DNA of 30,173 nt from an uncultured bacterium (GTDB lineage Bacteria; Patescibacteriota; Minisyncoccia; Phycocordibacterales; CAWITU01), in assembly GCA_903958115.1 (NCBI GenBank), contig CAJBRS010000101.1, positions 1 to 30,173 of the forward strand, written 5' to 3'. Positions 16,495 through 24,240 of this stretch are shown piece after piece. The notes beneath the pieces are model-generated. The model did no database searches. It saw nothing but the letters and a program-made list of their open reading frames with translations, and was not told where the DNA came from. Both the position numbers and the translations under genes were made by a program. Each line of letters begins with the position of its first letter. Position 1 is the stretch's first letter.

Positions 16495-17799
16495 ATGCAC
16501 GTTCATATTGCTGAAAGACTTCTACATTTTGTCAGTCAGATTCAACCAATTTGGTCTTATAGTCTGATTTTTATTTCTTCTTTGTTGGAGGGTATTCCTA
16601 TTGTTGGAATTTTTAGCCCTGGGGGTATTTTGGTTACTGTTGGCGGGCTACTTATTAAAATTGGGTTGCTTGATCCTTGGGTGACTTTCCTTATTGCCAC
16701 TATCGCTGCTGTCGTTAGTGACGTTGTTGGCTATTCTATTGGAAAGAAATATGGTTATGGATTGTTGAAAAAATATGGAAAGTATTTTTTTCTAAAAGAA
16801 GAACACCATATCGAAAAAACTCATGCATTAATAAATGACCATCCTGGTAAGGCTATTATTTTAGGTCGTTTCTATTACATAAGTCGATCAGTATCTCCTT
16901 TTTTGGCCGGTACTGCGTCTATCAGTTTTTCTCGTTTTTTTATTCTTGATGTAATCGGAGCATCGCTGTGGACTATTGTTCACCTGGCAGTCGGGTATAT
17001 TTTTGGACTTGGATACGAAACAGCATCAAAATATATAAACTATGTTTTGTTGGCGGCCGTGCTTCTTAGTATCGCAGTGTTCTTTCTCTACGAATTTATT
17101 AATCGCCAACATAACGTGTTCAAGAAATATCATATTTATACTTTGATACTAAATATCTTTTCTATATACGCATTGGCCCAGATTATAGAAGATGTTTCAA
17201 ATCAAGAGAATTTATATTTCTGGGACAAGGTTATTCAGAGTCATATTTCTAATATTTGGTCACCAGTGGGTGTTTCTGTTTTGGGCGCTTTTACTTATTT
17301 GGGTGGTCTCTATGGCGTTGCTTTTATAAGTGTTTGGATTTTAGTTTTGGTTATTCGTAAAAAAAGATGGCATCAAGCTGTGATTTTTAGTTTCGCTGTT
17401 TTTTCTAGTCTGGTCTCTGAATTTGTTATGAAATATGCCTTTCGCGTGCCACGCCCTCCTCAAGCACTGGTTCAGACAGAATATTTCAGCTTTCCTAGTG
17501 GTCATGCCACCATGATCACTACTTTGGGTATTTTAGCTTTTTATTTTTTTAAGAATGATTTTAAAAATGCTTGGGCGAGAAAGCTTTTCATTGTTAGTGA
17601 TGTTTTAATAGTTTTGGCTGTATGCTTTAGTCGTGTTTATCTAAATGCCCACTGGACTTCTGATGTTCTTGCTGGCATGTCCCTGGCCTTATTCTGGAGC
17701 ACCTTGTATATTTTAGTGGTAGTTGGAATTATTCATACCGAGAGGAAACCTCTACATCTTTTAAGAAAGATTTTTCGAAAAAAATATGAAATTACTTGA
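16495..17799 (+). CDS. DedA-PAP2 phosphatase fusion
   Basis: DedA motifs (LLEGIPIVGIFSPG, DVVGYSIGKKYG, LGRF) and PAP2 motifs C1 KYAFRVPRP, C2 FPSGH, C3 SRVYLNAHWTSDV; TGgTATCAT 6 nt upstream. Confidence 0.9.
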   Translation: MHVHIAERLLHFVSQIQPIWSYSLIFISSLLEGIPIVGIFSPGGILVTVGGLLIKIGLLDPWVTFLIATIAAVVSDVVGYSIGKKYGYGLLKKYGKYFFLKEEHHIEKTHALINDHPGKAIILGRFYYISRSVSPFLAGTASISFSRFFILDVIGASLWTIVHLAVGYIFGLGYETASKYINYVLLAAVLLSIAVFFLYEFINRQHNVFKKYHIYTLILNIFSIYALAQIIEDVSNQENLYFWDKVIQSHISNIWSPVGVSVLGAFTYLGGLYGVAFISVWILVLVIRKKRWHQAVIFSFAVFSSLVSEFVMKYAFRVPRPPQALVQTEYFSFPSGHATMITTLGILAFYFFKNDFKNAWARKLFIVSDVLIVLAVCFSRVYLNAHWTSDVLAGMSLALFWSTLYILVVVGIIHTERKPLHLLRKIFRKKYEIT

Positions 17800-18667
17800 T
17801 GGAAAAATTGTGAAGGCGAAGATAGCAGAACACTTAAAAGCTGAGGTGGTTGATTTGGTTGTGAAGCCCAAGATGGTCATTTTGCAGGTCGGAGATTTGC
17901 CGGAATCTAATGCCTATATAGCTCAGAAGAAAAAGTTTGCTGAAGAAATTGGTGCTGAGGTTGTTCATCAAAATTATGCTAATGATGTGACAAGCTTCGA
18001 GATTATTGTTGATATTCGGAAATTAAACATAGACTCGTCTGTTCACGGAATCATTTTGCAATTACCAGTCCCAAAAAATCTGAATGCAAGTGACCTTATC
18101 GACGAAATCAATCCTCAAAAAGATGTTGATGGTATGACATCTACCAATTTAAAGAAATTAGCGCAAAATCGGACTGATGGTTTTATACCAGCTACTACTT
18201 CTGGGATAATGTCACTTCTTGGTTTCTACAATGTTGAACTTGAGGGTAAAAAGGTTTTAATGATTGGGCGTTCGATGTTGGTAGGGAAGCCGACAGCCTT
18301 AGCTCTGCTTAATAAAAATGCAACAGTTTCAATCGCTCATAGTAAGACCAAGAATTTACCCGAACTATCTCGTGAGCAAGACGTGGTTATTGTGGCTATT
18401 GGTAATCCAAGGTTTATTACAGAAGAGTATTTTTCTTCTAATCAGATTGTGGTTGATGTTGGAATTAATCTGGAGAAGGTCGGCCTGAAGGAGGAGATTG
18501 ATGGTCCTCAAAAAACAAAGCTTGTTGGTGATGTTGATTTTGAAAATGTGAAAGATGTTGTCGGCGCCATTTCTCCTGTACCTGGTGGGGTGGGGGCGAT
18601 GACGGTAGCAGCGTTGTTTGAGAATCTTGTGAAAGCTTGCCAGCTACAAAATAAGGGCGTGATATAA
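17786..18667 (+). CDS. folD: Bifunctional methylene-THF dehydrogenase/cyclohydrolase
   Basis: LLDGK, VHGIILQLP, PQKDVDG, GRSMLVGKP, LVGDV, SPVPGGVGAMTVAAL. Confidence 0.96.
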   Translation: MKLLDGKIVKAKIAEHLKAEVVDLVVKPKMVILQVGDLPESNAYIAQKKKFAEEIGAEVVHQNYANDVTSFEIIVDIRKLNIDSSVHGIILQLPVPKNLNASDLIDEINPQKDVDGMTSTNLKKLAQNRTDGFIPATTSGIMSLLGFYNVELEGKKVLMIGRSMLVGKPTALALLNKNATVSIAHSKTKNLPELSREQDVVIVAIGNPRFITEEYFSSNQIVVDVGINLEKVGLKEEIDGPQKTKLVGDVDFENVKDVVGAISPVPGGVGAMTVAALFENLVKACQLQNKGVI

Positions 18668-18698
18668 TTATTATCTATTTAGTAGTTAACCAAAAAAT

Positions 18699-19538
18699 AT
18701 GAAAAATTATTTCGAAGATAAAAAAGGGGTGATGTTTGCAAGTTCAGTTGCTATTGTCTTGCTTGCAGTATTTCTCTTTACACAAATTATTACTAATCTT
18801 AAGGCGTTGGACACTATTGGTGAGCAACCTAACCCAACAAATATTATTACAGTATCAGGAACATCTGATGTTTCTGCTCCAGCAGACACTGCAGAATTTA
18901 GTTTTACTATAACTGGTGATGGCAAAACCGTTGCAGACGCACAAGCAAAAGCAAATCCTGTTTCTAAAAAAGCTCTTGATTATTTAAAAGCTCAAGGGAT
19001 TGCTGATGCCGATATTAATAACGGGGGGTACAACGCATATCCGCAGTATGGTACGGAGCAGGTAGCATGTCCTCAGGTTCAGACGATGATGGCTCCGGCT
19101 AATGGCGCAGCAGCTTCTCCGGTTTATTGTCCACCATCACAGCAGGTGATCACTGGATATGAAGTTAGTCAGACAATTTCTGTTAAGGTTCATGACACAA
19201 GTAAGGCGGGCACATTGCTTGGCGGTGTTGGGGCTCTAGGCGTTTCAAATATTTCTGGTTTGAGTTTTACTATTGATAACGAAGATTCTCTGAAGAATCA
19301 GGCGCGTAGTCAAGCTATCGACAAGGCTAGAGCTCAAGCAGAAGAGCTAGCAAAAGAATTACATGTTCACTTGGGTAAAATTACTAGTTTCTCTGAGCAG
19401 GGTAATTATCCTGGTCCGATTATGTATGCAAAGGCTATGATGTCTGGTGGTGCGGCTGATTCCGCATCTGCTCCAAGTATTCCAACAGGTTCAAATAAGA
19501 TTACTTCGACCGTTTCAATTAGCTACGAAATTCGTTAG
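18699..19538 (+). CDS. SIMPL (DUF541)-domain protein
   Basis: N-terminal TM helix; ITVSGTSDVSAPADTAEFSF; GYEVSQTISV; ARSQAIDKARAQAEELA; C-terminal VSISYEIR. Confidence 0.88.
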   Translation: MKNYFEDKKGVMFASSVAIVLLAVFLFTQIITNLKALDTIGEQPNPTNIITVSGTSDVSAPADTAEFSFTITGDGKTVADAQAKANPVSKKALDYLKAQGIADADINNGGYNAYPQYGTEQVACPQVQTMMAPANGAAASPVYCPPSQQVITGYEVSQTISVKVHDTSKAGTLLGGVGALGVSNISGLSFTIDNEDSLKNQARSQAIDKARAQAEELAKELHVHLGKITSFSEQGNYPGPIMYAKAMMSGGAADSASAPSIPTGSNKITSTVSISYEIR

Positions 19539-19542
19539 CCAG

Positions 19543-19646
19543 ACGAAACATCACACACAAAACACCCTTGTTTCAGAGACCGCTCCGGGCCGCACGCCCC
19601 GCGTCCTAGTCTCTTCAACAAGGGTGTTTTGTGTGTGATGTTTCGT
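19543..19646 (-). repeat. Long hairpin element E1 (core in reverse orientation)
   Basis: Perfect 30-bp IR (19543-19572/19617-19646), 2-nt mismatch, 6-bp inner stem, 28-nt core whose reverse complement is TAGGACGCGGGGCGTGCGGCCCGGAGCG. Confidence 0.93.
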
Positions 19647-19683
19647 TTGACTCACTCTTTTTTGTTATTGGAAAACTGGGCGT

Positions 19684-19772
19684 CCCGCACTCAGAATAAT
19701 ACCCCTAGAGAGACTAAGACTTGGCCAAGCGGCCCGGAGCGGTCTCTCTGGGGGTATTATTCTGAGTGCGGG
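19684..19772 (+). repeat. Long hairpin element E2
   Basis: 31-bp IR (19684-19714/19742-19772) with one T-G wobble around the 27-nt core TAAGACTTGGCCAAGCGGCCCGGAGCG. Confidence 0.95.
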
Positions 19773-19780
19773 GCAATCGG

Positions 19781-19808
19781 TTGACAATAATAGAAAAAAG
19801 AGTATTAT
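19781..19808 (+). promoter_or_regulatory. Sigma70 promoter for secE-nusG-rplK: TTGACA-N16-TATTAT
   Basis: TTGACA 19781-19786 (8 nt after E2); TATTAT 19803-19808. Confidence 0.7.
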
Positions 19809-19872
19809 ATGAGGTATTAACACCCCCGACAGGGGTTTTTTAATAGGGAAACTAGATTTCCCAACAAAATAT

Positions 19873-20049
19873 ATGGGACTAACAGAATATATAAAAGAGA
19901 CAAAAGTTGAGATGAAACATGTTACATGGCCAAGTCGCAGACAGGCGATTGCTTTTACTGTGGTGGTTATTCTTATTTCGATCGGTGTTGCTTTATATCT
20001 AGGATTCTTTGATTTTCTGTTTACTCTAGGACTTGGGAAAATTATCTAA
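19873..20049 (+). CDS. secE: Preprotein translocase subunit SecE (58 aa; absent from ORF track)
   Basis: Hand translation MGLTEYIKETKVEMKHVTWPSRRQAIAFTVVVILISIGVALYLGFFDFLFTLGLGKII: conserved E(M/L)KxVxWP motif plus one TM helix; lies directly upstream of nusG. Confidence 0.95.
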   Translation: MGLTEYIKETKVEMKHVTWPSRRQAIAFTVVVILISIGVALYLGFFDFLFTLGLGKII

Positions 20050-20076
20050 ATTTAAACGGCTAAAAATAAAATAAAC

Positions 20077-20622
20077 ATGGCAAAACAACAATTAGATGCG
20101 GAAAGAAATTGGTACGCAATTCATACCTATGCAGGTTATGAAAATGCTGTAGCAAGAAATTTAAAACAGCGTATTGAATCTCTTGGCATGGAAGATAAGA
20201 TTTTTGCAGTACTTGTCCCAACAGAAAAGAAAATTAAAATTAAGGCTGGAAAGCGTGCCGAAGAGGAAGAAAAAATTTATCCAGGTTACATCTTGGTGGA
20301 TATGATTGTGACTGATGATTCTTGGTATGTTGTTAGAAACACTCCTCGAGTGACCGGTTTCGTTGGGTCAGGAGTTTATCCTGTACCTCTAGATAAGGGG
20401 GAAGTTGAGTCTCTATTTAAGAGAATGGATTCTGCTACAGTTAAACACAATATTGATCTTGATATTGAAGACGCGGTCATCATTGTAGATGGTCCATTTA
20501 AGGATCTTGAAGGAAAAGTTGATGAAGTCGACACAGAGAGAGGAAAGGTTCGAGTCCTTGTATCGATGTTCGGTCGCGAGACACCAGTAGAGCTCGATTT
20601 CTTGCAAGTAAAGAAGATTTAA
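20077..20622 (+). CDS. nusG: Transcription factor NusG
   Basis: WYAIHTYAGYE, IYPGYILV, VRNTPRVTGFVG, KOW domain GPFKDLEG, MFGRETPVELDF. Confidence 0.98.
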   Translation: MAKQQLDAERNWYAIHTYAGYENAVARNLKQRIESLGMEDKIFAVLVPTEKKIKIKAGKRAEEEEKIYPGYILVDMIVTDDSWYVVRNTPRVTGFVGSGVYPVPLDKGEVESLFKRMDSATVKHNIDLDIEDAVIIVDGPFKDLEGKVDEVDTERGKVRVLVSMFGRETPVELDFLQVKKI

Positions 20623-20687
20623 GCTACTATTTCGAAGCTTCTAGCTTGAGGAGAGCTTTTATTTCCTCGAAACTAATATATACAAAA

Positions 20688-21110
20688 ATGGCAAAGAAAA
20701 TTACAAAAATTCTAAAAATGCAGATTCCCGGAGGAAAGGCTGTCCCTGGACAAGCTCTTGGACCTGTACTTGGAGGCGCCGGCATCAACATCGGCGAATT
20801 CGTAAAGCGTTTTAATGATGAGACAAAGGATCGTGTTGGTGAAATTGTTCCTACAATTGTTCAGATCCATGACGATCGAAGCTATACATTAGTCTACAAG
20901 ATTGAACCCGCTTCAAACTTAATCATGAAGGCTATTGGTATTGAGAAGGGTTCAGGATCTAATCTTACAAAGAAAGCTGGTTCTATTACCAAAGCTCAGG
21001 TCAAAGCTATCGCTGAAAAGAAAATGGCTGATCTAAATGCTGGAAGTATTGAAGCTGCTATGAAAATTATCGAAGGAAGCTGTCGTTCAATGGGGATTGA
21101 TGTAAAGTAG
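20688..21110 (+). CDS. rplK: 50S ribosomal protein L11
   Basis: Start moved to ATG 20688 (MAKKITK). GGKAVPGQALGPVLGGAGINIGEFVKRFN, IAEKKMADLNA, IIEGSCRSMGI. Confidence 0.97.
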   Translation: MAKKITKILKMQIPGGKAVPGQALGPVLGGAGINIGEFVKRFNDETKDRVGEIVPTIVQIHDDRSYTLVYKIEPASNLIMKAIGIEKGSGSNLTKKAGSITKAQVKAIAEKKMADLNAGSIEAAMKIIEGSCRSMGIDVK

Positions 21111-21120
21111 GTTGTAACGT

Positions 21121-21211
21121 AAGCACAAACAAAATAACACCCCTAAAGAGAGTAAGGCTTGGCCTAGCGGCCACGAGCGCTCTCTTTAGGGGTGTTATTT
21201 TGTTTGTGCTT
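21121..21211 (+). repeat. Long hairpin element E3
   Basis: Perfect 32-bp IR (21121-21152/21180-21211) around the 27-nt core TAAGGCTTGGCCTAGCGGCCACGAGCG; starts 10 nt after the rplK stop. Confidence 0.95.
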
Positions 21212-21253
21212 GCTTTATGTACCTATTTCACATAATGTTACGAAAAAAGGAGG
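21210..21253 (+). promoter_or_regulatory. Promoter-RBS module overlapping E3: TTGCTT-N17-TAATGT-TACGAAAAAAGGAGG
   Basis: TTGCTT 21210-21215, TAATGT 21233-21238, GGAGG 21249-21253; the same architecture follows E4. Confidence 0.65.
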
Positions 21254-21259
21254 TTGATT

Positions 21260-21868
21260 GTGAAAAAAAATATAGATTTACTACCACCCAAAACATACAT
21301 ACATGTCCTACCAGGAGGAAAGATGCCCAAGCGTCAGACCGCCGGTGCTATTGGATACGATGTTCATCTTCGGGCAATTGTTTCGCCGACAGAGATGAGC
21401 GAAGAAAATCCTGTTCTTCGCAAAACCATTTTTGGTTTTGATCGTATTCCTAGGAGAAATAGTGCTTTGGCTAAGAAAATTTTCAGCGTCAGAAGAAAGA
21501 AAGGGGAGGGACATGAGCTTGTCTATCGGATGGCTCCGCATGAGTCTGTTCTGGTCGGTATAGGTTTTGTTACCGCAATGCCTTTCCCGATGTTTTATTG
21601 GACTGCTCCGCGCAGTGGTCTCGCTTCTAAGTGGGGCATTACAGTTACAAACGCTCCTGGCACTGTCGATCCTGATTATCGGGGTGAGGCGGGCATTCTT
21701 GTTTATAATCGTAACAATCACACTTTTGATCTTAAACAAGATATGCGTATTGCCCAGATCATTTTTCAGTGGGCGCTCATCCCACAGCTAAAAAGAGTTC
21801 GTTCTTACAGTAAATTACCGCCTTCTATCAGAGGGATTGATGGATTTGGCTCGACTGGTTTGGAATAA
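21260..21868 (+). CDS. dut: Trimeric dUTPase, second copy, with ~48-aa insertion
   Basis: Motif I AIGYDV, II PRSGLA, III NAPGTVDPDYRGE, IV RIAQ, V RGIDGFGSTG; GTG start 6 nt after GGAGG. Confidence 0.9.
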   Translation: MKKNIDLLPPKTYIHVLPGGKMPKRQTAGAIGYDVHLRAIVSPTEMSEENPVLRKTIFGFDRIPRRNSALAKKIFSVRRKKGEGHELVYRMAPHESVLVGIGFVTAMPFPMFYWTAPRSGLASKWGITVTNAPGTVDPDYRGEAGILVYNRNNHTFDLKQDMRIAQIIFQWALIPQLKRVRSYSKLPPSIRGIDGFGSTGLE

Positions 21869-21881
21869 AAAAACGTTCCCA

Positions 21882-21912
21882 AAAAGCGGCTGTTCGAAGA
21901 ATAGCCGCTTTT
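21882..21912. terminator. Intrinsic terminator, symmetric A/T flanks, after dut2
   Basis: AAAAGCGGCTGTTC-GAA-GAATAGCCGCTTTT. Confidence 0.75.
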
Positions 21913-21939
21913 GACTATCTCACAAAAGAATGGTAGTGT
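21911..21939 (+). promoter_or_regulatory. Promoter TTGACT-N17-TAGTGT (extended TG) for the DHH gene
   Basis: TTGACT 21911-21916 overlaps the terminator T-tract; TG 21931-21932; TAGTGT 21934-21939; GGAGG SD follows. Confidence 0.6.
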
Positions 21940-21958
21940 TCGCTCGGAGGAAAAAACT

Positions 21959-23014
21959 ATGAAACCATCTGAATTGGCAGATACCTTTACAAAAGTCGTC
22001 GAGTCTTTAAAGCATATCGTTATCGTTGTTGCTCAAATAGACCCAGACGCTCTCGCCTCAGCCTTTGTGCTGAAAGAGATCATCAGTAAAATCTCAGCGA
22101 AGTCGACCATGACGGTTGTGGATATCGTCTTTGGGGGCCACATTGGCAATGCCCAAAATAGGACGATCATCAACCTTTTTGATCTCTCGAGGGCCATGAT
22201 TCCTTCAACGGAATACGATTTCTCAAAATGTGAAGCCGTGGCTCTCGTCGATTCTTCAAAAATGAAGGATGGTCGGGTGACCCTGCCAACAAATCTTTCG
22301 CCAGTCATCGTCATCGATCACCATCGTGATAGTGATTTGCCGACAGGAGGAGGTCAGTTTTACTGGATTGATGAAGTTGGTTCTTGTTCCACTATGCTTG
22401 TTGAGTTGTGGTTGGCGCTTGGCTTCGAAATTGAAAAATTGAACGAGGCTCTTCTTGTAATGCTGGCGCTTGGGGTCTTCACTGATACCCAAGCACTCAT
22501 CCAAGCTGGTGAACGGGATTTCCAGGTTTATCAAAGTATCTCCAAACGCATAGAGCCGAGACAGCTTCAGAAGTTTCTGAGTCCGGCACTTAATAGAGAT
22601 TACTTTGATCAACTGCAAATAGCTTTGCAAAATCGAGTTCAAAAAAATGGTTCTTTGGTGACCGGTCTTGGTACCATTGACCATGATGATGGCGATAATG
22701 TTGCCCTCATTGCCGACCTTCTTATACGAGAAAGCACGGTCTCAACAGTGATTGTGTGGGCGATTGTTGACAATGTCATACGTATCGCCGCTCGCAACGA
22801 TGACGTGTCTGAACCTCTTGAGGATTTTCTTCGGGAGAAATTCGGGCCTGATTCTGGTGCGAAGTTGACCAGCCATGGATTGGGGATTGGAGGGGCTCGG
22901 CTTGAACTGAATTCTGCTCCTTGGATGACCAAGGCGTTGAAGTATGGCGATTCACAGAAGAAGCTCGAAGACTTTATCGGGCAGCTTGTTCAGGATCTCG
23001 TCTTCAACGATTGA
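21959..23014 (+). CDS. DHH/DHHA1-family phosphoesterase (NrnA/GdpP-like)
   Basis: Start moved to ATG 21959, after GGAGG. DPDALASA, LVDS, IDHH, GVFTDT, and a DHHA1-like C-terminal domain ending GIGGA. Confidence 0.88.
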   Translation: MKPSELADTFTKVVESLKHIVIVVAQIDPDALASAFVLKEIISKISAKSTMTVVDIVFGGHIGNAQNRTIINLFDLSRAMIPSTEYDFSKCEAVALVDSSKMKDGRVTLPTNLSPVIVIDHHRDSDLPTGGGQFYWIDEVGSCSTMLVELWLALGFEIEKLNEALLVMLALGVFTDTQALIQAGERDFQVYQSISKRIEPRQLQKFLSPALNRDYFDQLQIALQNRVQKNGSLVTGLGTIDHDDGDNVALIADLLIRESTVSTVIVWAIVDNVIRIAARNDDVSEPLEDFLREKFGPDSGAKLTSHGLGIGGARLELNSAPWMTKALKYGDSQKKLEDFIGQLVQDLVFND

Positions 23015-23032
23015 TTTCTGGACTCTAATCAG

Positions 23033-23068
23033 AAAGCGCGTCTCCTCGGAGACGCGCTTTGTTTTTTT
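23033..23068. terminator. Intrinsic terminator between convergent DHH and folA
   Basis: AAAGCGCGTCTC-CTCG-GAGACGCGCTTT followed by a T-rich tract. Confidence 0.8.
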
Positions 23069-23561
23069 ATTTTAATACTTTGTATTCGAGAAGCAGTGTT
23101 CCACTTGGGGTTTTTTCTTCGGAAACCAATTCGAGTTTAAAATCGATATCCTGATTGAAGATCGTTAGACCCTTGCCAAATACAATAGGTTCGACAGTTA
23201 GATACAATTTTTCTATCAAGCCCGATTTCATAAACATTGTGTAGATACTTTGGCCGCCACAAATTGCTACTTCTTTGAAACCTCTTTCTTCAAGTTTTTT
23301 AAAAAGAATAGCTGGTTCGTCTGTAGTTGTTTCAGCTCCATCAAATGTCTCGTTTAGTGAGTACACAATATTGAGCCGGCCTGGGAGAGGATTTTTTAAT
23401 GTTTTGAATGTTGTCTGGCCCATTACCACGACACCAGCGCGTTTGGTTATTTCGACAAAGCGAGCCTTGTCTTCTTTGCTGGTCCAATAGGCTGCGTGAT
23501 TAGTATCTTTGGCAATAAATCCGTCTGTCGTCAAGGCTGAAATAATGAATGGTTTTATCAT
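23067..23561 (-). CDS. folA: Dihydrofolate reductase
   Basis: ISALTTDGFIA, SKEDKARF, VVVMGQTTF, LPGRLNIV, AICGGQSIY, LYLTV. Start placed at ATG 23561 (TATAAT 6 nt upstream); ATG 23567 is the alternative. Confidence 0.92.
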   Translation of the reverse strand: MIKPFIISALTTDGFIAKDTNHAAYWTSKEDKARFVEITKRAGVVVMGQTTFKTLKNPLPGRLNIVYSLNETFDGAETTTDEPAILFKKLEERGFKEVAICGGQSIYTMFMKSGLIEKLYLTVEPIVFGKGLTIFNQDIDFKLELVSEEKTPSGTLLLEYKVLK

Positions 23562-23624
23562 GCTCATATTATATCGTTTTATTGTTTTCTGTGGAAATAA
23601 AATTATGCTAAAATACCGATACAT

Positions 23625-24230
23625 ATGACCGAGGCCAATATAACAATAAATAAAGGAATTTTTGGTTTAAATGCCAACTTTAGCCATCGGTATATTTCTG
23701 ATTATAAGAAGCTCACCAAGCTCGTTGATCATTGTAAGGGATTGGGGTTGGAGGTTGTTTTGACTCAAGGGACCTATGATATGGTGCATATTGGTCATGC
23801 TAGGTATTTTGAAGAAGCAAAAAAACACGGTGACCTATTGATTGTCGGAGTAGATAGTGATGAAAAAGTTCGAGCGCGAAAAGGCCCGGAGCGTCCAGTG
23901 GTGCCACAAGATGAAAGACTTGAAATGGTGGCGCATCTTCGATCTGTTGACGTGGTTGTTTTAAAACAACACAAAGCTCCTAAGTGGAGTTTAATTAAGA
24001 CAGTAAGGCCTGATGTATTAATTGCCACGAAAGAAACTTACACGAAAGCTCAACTAAAAGAATTAGAAAAATATTGCAAGAAAATAATTGTGCTAGATCC
24101 AATGGCCACCACTTCCACGAGCGCCAAGATTCGACGACTTCAGATAAGTACAGCCAAAAGTCTTGGGAAGCAACTTACCCCTAAAATAATGTCGACGATT
24201 GAAGAGGTTCTAGAAAATTTGAAGAGATAG
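23625..24230 (+). CDS. Cytidylyltransferase-like (HIGH-motif, RfaE-II/TagD-like) protein
   Basis: GTYDMVHIGHARY, LIVGVDSD, KGPERP, DERLEMV, STSAKI. Confidence 0.88.
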   Translation: MTEANITINKGIFGLNANFSHRYISDYKKLTKLVDHCKGLGLEVVLTQGTYDMVHIGHARYFEEAKKHGDLLIVGVDSDEKVRARKGPERPVVPQDERLEMVAHLRSVDVVVLKQHKAPKWSLIKTVRPDVLIATKETYTKAQLKELEKYCKKIIVLDPMATTSTSAKIRRLQISTAKSLGKQLTPKIMSTIEEVLENLKR

Positions 24231-24240
24231 TCTAAAAAGT

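Noticed and set aside
19539-19872. tRNA or other known RNA gene upstream of secE
   Set aside because: No cloverleaf, T-loop GTTCRA in context or acceptor stem found; the GC-rich parts are explained by the E1/E2 cores.
20621-20670. L1-binding autoregulatory leader upstream of rplK
   Set aside because: Only weak alternative hairpins are present, I could not identify the L1-site consensus, and rplA is not adjacent.
5276-21958. Longest-ORF starts for several genes (5276, 7851, 9982, 11898, 20646, 21254, 21911; also 5223-, 23624-, 26344-)
   Set aside because: These extensions run through promoters, terminators or neighbouring genes; downstream starts fit SD or -10 spacing better.
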